Origin: Anolis carolinensis | Lineage: Eukaryota | Length of the DNA stretch: 64,000 bases | Assembly (NCBI RefSeq): GCF_035594765.1 | Contig: NW_026943819.1 | Location: forward strand, 4,576,703-4,640,702 | Direction: 5' to 3' | Part shown: in pieces, positions 36,601-64,000 of the stretch | How the letters are laid out: every line of letters starts with the position of its first letter | How positions within the stretch are numbered: the stretch's first letter is position 1 | Position numbers and translations under genes: made by a program | The notes under the pieces: generated by a model | Databases searched by the model: none | What the model saw: the letters and a program-made list of their open reading frames with translations, nothing else | Told to the model about the DNA's origin: nothing

Positions 36601-37824
36601 GGACAGTGCCCTGGCAAGGCGGCCCTGGCTTACCGTTGACGCAGAGCATCCCTGGGCAGCACATGGGGCTCCTCTGGCACCTCCTTCGCGGCCCTCGGCA
36701 CACAGCGCACACCGGAGGCTCCTCTCTGGGCCTGTGGCAGAATTTCCCAGCTGGACAGTCCTTGTCGGCCAAACACTGGCTGCTCTGAAGAGGGAGAAAG
36801 AGCCCGATACAGTTAGCAGTCCTTGGAGCCAAAGGCAGATCTGAGGAAGGAGCCAAATGGTCCCAAGGTAAGGGCTTCTCTTTGGGAGAATCCTTCCAAG
36901 AGCCTACAAGGATGTAGCCAATGGTTTTAGGGAGATAAAGGGCTGAGAGAACTGGAGATGTTTAGCTTGGAGAAGGCTGAGAAAGGGACAATGAGAGCCA
37001 TGTTTCCATATTTGAAAGGAGGTCCCATTGAGGAGAAAAGAGCAAGATTGTTTTCTGCTGCTCCAAAGACCAGGACACAACAGAGCCATGGATTCCAGTG
37101 ACAGAAAAAGAGATCCCATCCAAACATTAGGAAGAACTTCCTGATGCAAAGAGCTTTTCAAATGTGGAATCTGCTGCTGCCTCCGAATCCGGTGGAGTCT
37201 CCGGGTCTGGAAATGAATGGCCATCTGTCGGGAAGGCTTTAATTGTGCCTTCCTTTATGGCAGAGCAAGGTTGCGCTGGATGGCCCTCTTTGGGTTCTCT
37301 TTCAACTCTAGGATAGTCATATTTTTGGCTGCCTGAACAGCTGTGCTTCCATCCATTCTTACATACAGTAAAGTCTCACTTATCCAAGCTAAACGGGCAG
37401 GCAGAAGCTTGGATAAGCGAATATCTTGGATAATAAGGAGGGATTAAGGAAAGGCCTATTAAACATCAAATTAGGTTATGATTTTACAAATTAAGCACCA
37501 AAACATCATGTTATACAACAAATTTGACAGAAAAAGTAGTTCAATACGCAGTAATGTTATGTTGTAATTACTATATTTATGAATTTAGCACCAAAATATC
37601 ATGATATATTGAAAACATTGACTACAAAAATACCTTGGATAATTCAGAACCTTGGATAAGCGAGTCTTGGATAAGTGAGACTCGACTCTACTTGTGCTTA
37701 AGCTTAGTTGGGCCCTTTTGGTACATGCAGCCAAAAGCACATCTTTCTCTCCTTGGAAATAAAAATACTGCAGAAGCAAAATAATAATAATACTGTATTG
37801 TGTTGTCAAAGGTTTTCATGGCCA

Positions 37825-37898
<74 letters not shown>

Positions 37899-38505
37899 CA
37901 CTGCTTGCTGTGAGTTTTTCAGGCTGTGTGGCCATGTTCCAGTGGCATTCTCTCCTGATGTTGCCTCCAACAGACAAGAGTTCTTTCTCCCAACCTGGAT
38001 ATTATTCCACAGATATATAAACCTCATGTTGTCGAAGGCTTTCATGGCCGGGATCACAGGGTTGTTGTCTGTTTTCCAGGCTGTCTGGCCATGTTCCAGA
38101 AGTATTCTCTCCTGGCGTTCCACCCACATTTATGGCAGGCATCCTCAGAGGTTGTGAGGTATGGAGAAACTAAGCAAGGAAGGTTTGTATAGATCTGTGG
38201 AAAGTCCACCGAATACTTCTGGAACATGGTCATACAGCCCGGAAAACATACAACAACCCTATATAAACCTCACTTGCCTGGTTCCCAAAAGACCTCACAA
38301 CCTCTGAGGACTTCTGCCATAGATATGGGCGAAACGCCAGGAGAGAATGCTTTGGCCACCCTTCCCGTATTCTCAGGAAAGCCACAGCGCTCACCTTTCT
38401 GGAGGCGGGCACTTCCGTCGAGCCCCGGATGGCGTTGAAGTCCAGCACCAAGGTGGCCCCTGGGCAGCAGAGGCAGGTGAACCCCAGCAGGATCAGGGCT
38501 TCCAT
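33637..38505 (-). CDS. DKK4: Dickkopf WNT signaling pathway inhibitor 4 (complete, 4 exons, 223 aa)
   Basis: Exons (-): 38505-38395, 36784-36634, 35131-34997, 33911-33637 = 672 nt. Signal peptide, LVLDFNAIR motif, 10-Cys CRD1, and CRD2 with [15 protein letters not shown] and EIFQRCNC. Tail-to-tail with POLB, as in human. Confidence 0.93.
34056..34750 (+). mobile_element. Penelope-like element 3' fragment (GIY-YIG C-terminus, pLTR with hammerhead, inverted 5' pLTR piece)
   Basis: Translation [23 protein letters not shown]...[14 protein letters not shown]...[17 protein letters not shown] is typical of PLE endonuclease ends. Hammerhead at 34626-34666 (AUC site); inverted pLTR at ~34056-34142. 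Confidence 0.85.
37795..38352. mobile_element. Cluster of Penelope pLTR fragments in both orientations with an (AAT)n tract
   Basis: Same pLTR sequence as 34600-34750. Other copies at ~3653-3803, 19525-19696, 20405-20507, 28200-28385, 30000-30100, 44690-44780 and 45515-46262. Confidence 0.75.
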
Positions 38506-38598
38506 CCTCAGTCTTTGCCTGGCGGTGGCTTTGGAGTCCTCAGCATGGCACAAGCGGCCTTTGTATTCCCCGAGAGGCGGCCCAAGGTGCCTGGCCTG

Positions 38599-39025
38599 TA
38601 TTTATAGCCAGCCGTGCCCCAATCCCCTTTTGCAGACCCCCAAGCCTTTGATCCCCACTTCAAAACCAAGCCTCAAAGCCATCCCTGATTAGAGGGCATC
38701 AAAGGCGGCGGCTGTGGCAGCGGCTCAGAGGGCAACACATGTCACCTGCCTCACCTGCGCTTCCTGCCCTTAATCCCTCCTCTGGCAAGCGGGGCTTTGT
38801 TGGGGATCTGCTTTCCCAGCTGGCAGCCCACCAAAGCCTTTGACCAGAGGCCTTTGGGAAGAGGAGGAGGAGGAGGGCAAAGGCTGGGTGAAGGGCCTTG
38901 CTGACAGCTCCAAGCAGCTGCCTCGGAGCCCACCTGCCGGAGCCATGAAGACAAACCTACCGCAAAGGAAGGAAGGCAAAAAGAAGGCACCTTCTTCTGA
39001 TTAAGACCCACTTGGCTTTGAAGGA
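38599..39025 (-). promoter_or_regulatory. DKK4 promoter: TATA box plus TCF/LEF site cluster
   Basis: TATAAATA on the - strand at 38599-38606; CCTTTGATC 38645-38653, ATCAAAGG 38698-38705, CTTTGTT ~38795, CCTTTGACC 38837-38845, GCTTTGAAG 39015-39023. Confidence 0.7.
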
Positions 39026-39795
39026 TTTGAAGGTCTTTCTGGCCTCAATACTACACAGGGCTTGAAGGAAAGGCATCAAGTTCTTTGCGTGCCAGATCCA
39101 AAAGAACCGGGCCACAATCCCAGGAAGAGATCATGAGCGAGACACTCTCTCAGCCTCAAAGGAAGGCAAGGGCAAGTCTCTTCGGAATGAACCTTGCCAA
39201 GAAAACCCCATGAGTTATGGTTATGGGGCCAGGCTTTTGAATACAGTAGAGTCTCACTTATCCAACACTCACTTATCCAACATTCTGGATTATCCAACGC
39301 ATTTTTGTAGTCAGTGTTTTCAATACATCGTGATATTTTGGTGCTAAATTCGTAAATACAGTAATTACTACATAGCATTACTGCGTATTGAACTACTTTT
39401 TCTGTCAAATTTGTTGTATAACATGATGTTTTGGTGCTTAATTTGTAAAATCATAACCTAATTTGATGTTTAATAGGCTTTTCCTTAAGCCCTCCTTATT
39501 ATCCAACATATTCGCTTATCCAACATTCTGCCGGCCCGTTTATGTTGGATAAGTGAGACTCTACTATAATTGGCAGCGTTAATGATTACCATGTACGCTG
39601 GAACTCAATCGACAGACCCAGTTTTTTGAACTGAACACGCCTACCTGTATTTTATAATGTCTTTTATGAATACTGATGTAAGTTAATAATAATTTTTTAA
39701 CTGATTTATATTGCACTGTATAATTTTTATATATGCGTTTTATTACAAGCCGCCCTGAGTCCCCTGTTGGGTGAGAAGGGCGGGATATAAATATT

Positions 39796-39844
<49 letters not shown>

Positions 39845-41716
39845 GTCTTAAGGTAAGGTAAAGGTTTTCCCCTGACGTTAAGTCCAGTTGTGACCGACTC
39901 TGGGGGTTGGTGCTCATCTCCATTTCTAAGCCGAAGAGCGGGCATTGTCCATAGACACCTCCAAGGTCATGTGGCCACTGGCATGACTGCATGGAGCGCC
40001 ATTACCTTCCCGCCGGAGCGGTACCTATCGATCTACTCACACTCTGGGGGCTGGTGCTCATCTCCATTTCTAAGCCAAAGAGCCGGCGTTGTCCGTAGAC
40101 ACCTCCAAGGTCATGTGGCTGGCATGACTGCATGGAGAGCCATTACCTTCCCGCCAGAGTGGTACCTATTGATCTACTCACATTGGCATGTTTTCGAACT
40201 GCTAGGTTGGCAGAAGCTGGAGCTAACAGCAGGCGCTCGCTCCGCTCCTGGGATTTGAATCTGCGACCTTTCAGTCTGCAAGGTTTTTAGGGTCTCCCTA
40301 AGTTTGGAATGGCTGGAATCCCTGTTGCTTGGCCATTGAAACCCACTGTGTGAGTGGGTTTGAATTCCCACTCAGCCATGGAAACCCACCTTAGACAAGT
40401 CACATTCTCTCAGCCCCAGAGGAAGGCAAGAGCAAGCCTCCTCTGAACGAATCTGGCCACGGGAAGCGTGGGAGAAGGCCAGCAAAATGAAGCCACTAAG
40501 TAGCAATGTCGAAGAATCCTGCAAGTGTTGGACTACCACTCAAACCCCTTTTCAGCCAGGGAAACCCATTGTCGAAAAAGTCACATTCTCTTGGCCACAG
40601 AGGAAAGCAAAGGGTGACGTAGACATGGGGCCACTCCACCCTCTTAATTAACTGCAGGGAAGGGCCACAATCAGAGAATTTGGAGAGCAGGCAAGCCGGA
40701 GTGGGGACATTCCTCTTGTAATGGAAAGAATGATGGTAACACAGAGAAAAAACTTTTGCAGAATTGACTTTTTAATAAGAAACGGGAAATACTGAGTGTA
40801 GTTGGACCTCTAGAACAAAAAGGTGTCCCTTGCCTGGGATGGGAGGGGTGTCTGATAACATCTGGAGAGCCACATGTTCCTCCTCCCTCTTCAAATGGGG
40901 TGGGAAATAGCCCCAACAGAGAGCAATTTGCTTCTCATTGTGCAAAGAAAGTGGGAGGCAATGCCTGGGGGTCCCATATAGTCGAGGGCGGTGTGGGAGA
41001 GCGCCACAAAAAGGGCTCTATGGTGGCAAGAATGTCCATCCCGAGACGACAGTGAGTCTGGTCCAGACAGGCTTTGGTGGTTGTTGCGGAGGATGGACGA
41101 GAATGCCGGCCTTGGCGACGGCCAATGAGAGAGCTGTCTTGGCACGAGGCGGAGGCGCATTTGCTGGCGTTTGCGAGCGGCATGCCTTTGGGGTGAGGCA
41201 CATTTGTACATTTCAAAGGCGGCAGGTTCAATCCCCGGGTTTATCCTCTTGAAAGGCTGCCTCCCAAAGCCCGGCTCAGGGGCGATTCCTTTCTTCTGGC
41301 TGCCCTTCACTCAGCGTCCAGCTTCAGGGCTGTCCTTCTCGCTCTCTCCTTTGGCTGTTGTTGTTTCTACTGCCTTTTGAAGTTGGGAAAGAGGTCTTGT
41401 GGAACGGTCTGCAGAAGGCAGGAAAGGGGTATGCCGGTCTTAGCCGTTCTTTCCTTGGAAATGCTCCAAAAGCCTGGCACCGAGGTCTCCGCTCCTTTAT
41501 TGCTGTGCTTCACCACCAAAACTGTTGGGGATGAAACCCTTGTGCCAGCAGGACTGCTGACTGAAACGTTGCTGGTTTGAATCCGGGGAGAGCATGAATG
41601 AGCTTCCGCCTGTCAGCTCTAGCTCCACATGCAGGGACATGGAGAAGCCTCCCACAGAATGGTAAAATAATCAAACATCTGGGTGTTCCCTGGGCAACAT
41701 CCTTGCAGACGGTCCA

Positions 41717-42012
41717 TTCTTTCACACCAGAAGCGACTTGCAGTTTCTCAAGTCACTCCTGATACACAAACAAACCCCCAAAACTCTGCCTCTGCCCCAC
41801 CATCCAACCCTTTCACATTCTCTCACACCAGAAGCGACTTACAGTTTCTCAAGTCACTCCTGATACAAAAACAAACCCTCAAAACTCTGCCTCTGCCGCA
41901 CCGTCCAACTCTTTCACATTCTCTCACACAAAAAGCGACTTGCAGTTTCTCAAGTCACTCCTGATACAAAAACAAACCTCCAAAACTCTGCCTCTGCCCC
42001 ACCGTCCAACCC
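41717..42012 (+). repeat. Triple tandem duplication (~100 bp) of a SINE tail plus flank
   Basis: ttctctcacaccagaagcgacttgcagtttctcaagtcactcctgatac...aaactctgcctctgcc three times. Confidence 0.8.
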
Positions 42013-42775
42013 TTTTGCAGACAAAGACCCCGTTTCCTCACTCTCGGCCAGGAAAGCATCCCTGCAGGAGGACAATCAGCTCTAAGAGAAACTCTCGACA
42101 GAAAGAAAAGCTAGACTGCAGCCCATCGACTAGTTAGGTAAAGGTAAAGGTTTCCCCTGATGTTAACTCCACTCGTGACCGACTCTGGAGGTTGGTGCTC
42201 ATCTCCATTTCTAGGCCGAAGAGCTAGCGTTGTCCGTAGACACCTCCAACGTCATGTGGTCGGCATGACTGCATGGAGCGCCGTTGCCTTCCCGCCGGAG
42301 CGGTACCTATTGATCTACTCACATTTGCATGTTTTCGAACTGCTAGATTGGCAAGAGCTGAGGCTAACAGCGGGCACTCATTCCACTCCCGGGATTTGAA
42401 CCTGGGACCTTTTGGTCCGCAAGTTCAGCAGCTCAGCGCTTTAACACACTGTGCCATCAGGGGACTCCATCGACTAGTTATGGACCCATTAAAAAACCCA
42501 AAAACCCTTACCTCCCACTAAGGATGGACACTCATCTGTGGCTTGAGCACTGACATTCCCACCCACCCACTTGCCGCAAAGGCATCTCCTTCCTTTTGAA
42601 CGCCATCTCCCCAAAGGCACAGAGTCCAGGAAATACTCGTATATTCGGTTCCTGCTCCTCCCAGGGTCCGGCCAAGGTGGCTGCAGCATCGTCCTGTGGC
42701 CACTGGGGTCTTGGCCACGTCTCCTTTGGTCCATTGTGGAAATAGCAAGCGGTGATATCCGAGGCCCATCACCGG

Positions 42776-60103
<17,328 letters not shown>

Positions 60104-60235
60104 TTTCGACGGCTCCGGATCTCCCCGAGTGGCTCCGCGAGTGGAAGCTCCACGCAGGCAGCCCCGCCCTTCCGGAGCGCAGGCCACGCCCCTTGCGCGT
60201 AAGCCACGCCCCTGCGCGCAGGCCACGCCCCCTCC
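60104..60235 (-). promoter_or_regulatory. GGCX CpG promoter with tandem GC/KLF boxes
   Basis: About four ~20-bp units containing GCC(A/C)CGCCC separated by GCGC motifs (60160-60233), upstream of the ATG. Confidence 0.7.
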
Positions 60236-60589
60236 AGAGTAAACACAACCTTACAGAGTTACATAGTGTAATATGCTATAATTAAATAATAATATAATTA
60301 TACAACTATAATATATTTATTTTCATGGTTTCCTCTTTATGTTGAAATTGTCCTGTTTACTGGCACTGTATTTGAATCCTTCATGGAGTATATTGATTTG
60401 GATTTGTAATTTTGTGTCTCCTTTTAATAGAATTGTTTTGGTTCCGTCTCATGATATTGTTTATTATGTTTACTATGTTTAACTTTGTTGCATGGTGTGT
60501 TTTTTTTTAACAATTAGATGCTTTTTTATGTTCAGGTTGGAAACCGCCCTGAGTTCTCTCGAGGAGATGGAGCGGTATATAAATTAAAA

Positions 60590-60594
60590 TTAAA

Positions 60595-60638
<44 letters not shown>

Positions 60639-60772
60639 TTATTCATGTTCATTGTTTCCTCCTTTCTATTGAAATTGTCCACATGCTTTATCATTATTAT
60701 TATTATTATTATTTAATTTGTTCGTGTTCATGGTTTCCTCCTTTCTGTTGAAATTGTCCACATGCATCATCA

Positions 60773-60817
<45 letters not shown>

Positions 60818-60934
60818 TCATTTACATGGTTTTCTCCTTTCTGTTGAAATTGTCCACATGCTTTATCATTATCATTATTATTAAATTTATTCATTTTAAT
60901 GGTTTTGTCCTTTCTGTTGAAATTGTCCATATGC

Positions 60935-60980
<46 letters not shown>

Positions 60981-61231
60981 TTATTCATGTTCATGGTTTC
61001 CTCCTTTCTTTTGAAATTGTCCACATGCATTATTATTATTATTATTATTATTCATTTTCATGGTTTCCTCCTTTCTGTTGAAATTGTCCACATGCATTAT
61101 TATTATTATTATTATTATTATTCATGTTCATGGTTTGCTCCTTTCTTTTGAAATTGTCCACATGCATTATTATTATTATTATTATTATTCATGTTCATGG
61201 TTTGCTCCTTTCTTTTGAAATTGTCCACATG

Positions 61232-61273
<42 letters not shown>

Positions 61274-61313
61274 TTTTCATGGTTTCCTCCTTTCTGTTGA
61301 AATTGTCCACATG

Positions 61314-61349
<36 letters not shown>

Positions 61350-61391
61350 TGTTCATGGCTTGCTCCTTTCTCTTGAAATTGTCCACATGCT

Positions 61392-61424
<33 letters not shown>

Positions 61425-61529
61425 ATTTTAATGGTTTCCTCCTTTCTGTTGAAATTGTCCACATGCATTATTATTATTATTATTATTCATGTTCATGGTT
61501 TCGTCCTTACTCTTGAAATTGTCCACATA

Positions 61530-61573
<44 letters not shown>

Positions 61574-61754
61574 TTGTTCAATTTCATGGTTTCCTCCTTT
61601 CTGTTGAAATTGTCCACATGCTTTATTATTATTATTATTATATTCATTTTCATGGTTTCCTCCTTTCTGTTGAAATTGTCCACATGCTTTATTATTATTA
61701 TTATATTTATTCATGTTCATGGTTTGCTCCTTTCTGTTGAAATTGTCCACCAAC

Positions 61755-61795
<41 letters not shown>

Positions 61796-61899
61796 CATGG
61801 TTTCCTCCTTTCTGTTGAAATTGTCCACATGCTTTATTATTATTATTATATTTATTCATGTTCATGGTTTGCTCCTTTCTGTTGAAATTGTCCACCAAC

Positions 61900-61937
<38 letters not shown>

Positions 61938-62041
61938 CATGGTTTCCTCCTTTCTGTTGAAATTGTCCACATACTTTATTATTATTATTATATTTATTCA
62001 TGTTCATGGTTTGCTCCTTTCTGTTGAAATTGTCCACCAAC

Positions 62042-62088
<47 letters not shown>

Positions 62089-62125
62089 CATGGTTTGCTC
62101 CTTTCTGTTGAAATTGTCCACCAAC

Positions 62126-62190
<65 letters not shown>

Positions 62191-62361
62191 CATGGTTTCC
62201 TCCTTTCTGTTGAAATTGTCCACATACTTTATTATTATTATTATATTTATTCATGTTCATGGTTTGCTCCTTCCTGTTGAAATTGTCCACATATTTTATT
62301 ATTATTATTATATTTATTCATGTTCATGGTTTGCTCCTTTCTGTTGAAATTGTCCACCAAC

Positions 62362-62399
<38 letters not shown>

Positions 62400-62502
62400 C
62401 ATGGTTTCCTCCTTTCTGTTGAAATTGTCCACATGCTTTATTATTATTATTATTATATTCATTTTCATGGTTTCCTCCTTTCTGTTGAAATTGTCCACCA
62501 AC

Positions 62503-62555
<53 letters not shown>

Positions 62556-62736
62556 CATGGTTTCCTCCTTTCTGTTGAAATTGTCCACATACTTTATTAT
62601 TATTATTATATTTATTCATGTTCATGGTTTGCTCCTTTCTGTTGAAATTGTCCACCAACTTTATTATTATTATTATTTTCATGGTTTCCTCCTTTCTGTA
62701 GAAATTGTCTACATGCTATATTATTATTATTATTAT
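60590..62736. repeat. Tandem array (~27 units) of a Penelope-derived ~40-bp core plus variable (ATT)n
   Basis: Core catggtttcctcctttctgttgaaattgtccacatgc is the near-exact reverse complement of ~34316-34352. Confidence 0.9.
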
Positions 62737-63075
62737 CAACACAACGACGTTGTATGGCACAGCAAACAAGATAGATATGCTGGATTTCGTTTCGCAAAAC
62801 CACAAGTCGAACACTTCCCAAGTGTCTAGGACTGTGTGATGTATTTTCGGATGATGTGTGCAGATCCCAGTAGGGTGGCCTTTTGCAGTTGGCAGATGGT
62901 GATTTTGTCAATGTCTATTGTTTCCAAATGCCGGCTGAGATCTTTTGGCACAGCACCCAGTGTGCCCATCACCACCGGGACCACCTGAACGGGTTTCTGC
63001 CAGAGTCTTTGAAGTTCAATCTTGAGGTCCTGAGAGCGGCTGAGTTTTTCCTGTTGTTTTTCATCAATGCGACTG

Positions 63076-63078
<3 letters not shown>
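62737..63078 (-). mobile_element. R4/Dong LINE 3' fragment flanked by (TAA)n
   Basis: Overlaps in sequence with ~43860-43927 and 3062-3272; (ATT)n on both sides. Confidence 0.8.
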
Positions 63079-63141
<63 letters not shown>

Positions 63142-63199
63142 TTGCTATTTATACTGACTTTCCCTGCCTTCTTTCCTTCTTTGCTTTCCTTCCTCCCTT

Positions 63200-63398
63200 T
63201 CTCCTTCCTTGCAGGGGGCGGGGCCTTCTTGGGGGTGGGCGTGGCCCACCTGCGGAAAAGGAGGCGGGGGGAGGCCGGGAGGGGCGGGGCTTCCCAGCAG
63301 AGGAGGAAGAGGAAGCAAGAAAGAGAGAGAGAGAGAAGAGGAAGGCGCCTGCCTGGGAAAAAGAAGAGGAAGGAGACCCCTGGGCCACCATGGTCAGC
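63200..63398 (+). other. Probable promoter and ATG-only first exon of the next gene (VAMP8/VAMP5-like by synteny)
   Basis: GC boxes GGGGCGGGG at ~63214 and ~63281; perfect Kozak GCCACCATG (ATG 63390-63392) followed directly by donor-like GTCAGC. Identity rests only on human GGCX-VAMP8-VAMP5 order. Confidence 0.4.
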
Positions 63399-63623
63399 AG
63401 CAGCAATAGCAAGCAGAAGGGGGTCTGGGCGTGGGCGTGGGCGTGGGCGTGGGTCTCTCTCTCGGTGTGCCTGTCTCTGTGATCCGGAGCAGCCCCTCCC
63501 TCCCCTTTGCCACGTCGAGAGGGAAGTCCAGGAGGAGGAAGAGGAAGGGGAGGGGGCTCTGAGGGGGAGACCCCAGGCCCCAAGCAGGAACCCTCCTGCC
63601 TTCCTTCCCTATCTCGCTTGCTA

Positions 63624-63786
63624 NNNNNNNNNNNNNNNNNNNNNNNNNNNNNNNNNNNNNNNNNNNNNNNNNNNNNNNNNNNNNNNNNNNNNNNNNNNNN
63701 NNNNNNNNNNNNNNNNNNNNNNNNNNNNNNNNNNNNNNNNNNNNNNNNNNNNNNNNNNNNNNNNNNNNNNNNNNNNNNNNNNNNNN
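63624..63786. other. Assembly gap
   Basis: Run of N. Confidence 1.
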
Positions 63787-64000
63787 CTCTCCTTCCTTCC
63801 ATCCTTACATTTTTCTTTCTTTCCTTCTTTCTTTTCTTTCCTCTCCTTCCTTCCATCCTTACATTTTTCTTTCTTTCCTTCTTTCTTTTCTTTCCTCTCC
63901 TTCCTTCCATCCTTACATTTTTCTTTCTTTCCTTCTTTCTTTCCTCTCCTTCCTTCCATCCTTACATTTTTCTTTCTTTCTTTCCTTCTTTCTTTCCTCT
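63787..64000. repeat. Pyrimidine-rich tandem repeat (~45-55-bp unit)
   Basis: ctctccttccttccatccttacatttttctttctttcc... four times. Confidence 0.85.

Noticed and set aside
60590-62736. CRISPR array
   Set aside because: The spacers are only (ATT)n, there are no cas genes, the context is vertebrate, and the repeat is a Penelope fragment.
63149-63959. ORFs spanning the end of the window
   Set aside because: They cross an N gap and a low-complexity repeat.

Overview
Vertebrate genomic DNA from a squamate, very likely an Anolis-type lizard, judged from its repeats (Sauria SINE, Anolis-type SINE2, BovB/RTE, R4/Dong, Penelope, Vingi, L2, CR1, Helitron and MITEs). I reconstructed five spliced genes by hand from GT-AG boundaries and phase continuity: the 3' part of KANSL3 (+, to 14443); a complete 6-exon UFM1 (-, 16399-19980) that the ORF track does not show; POLB (+, 20182-32134, 14 exons, 335 aa), head-to-head with UFM1 across a ~200-bp CpG promoter; DKK4 (-, 33637-38505, 4 exons, 223 aa); and GGCX (-, 42776-60103, 15 exons, 751 aa). 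A probable ATG-only first exon of the next gene (VAMP8/VAMP5-like by synteny) lies at ~63390, before an assembly gap. Best leads: (1) UFM1 in an unexpected neighbourhood, with an intron-split start codon and a VG-EW C-terminus; (2) Penelope-derived minimal hammerhead ribozymes, whose two canonical copies flank the UFM1/POLB promoter in mirror image; (3) two retroelement-derived satellites bracketing the GGCX 5' end; (4) a candidate 42-nt KANSL3 micro-exon. I see no wholly new protein-coding system. No searches were run; coordinates are hand-counted, repeat edges are approximate, and human comparisons are from recall.
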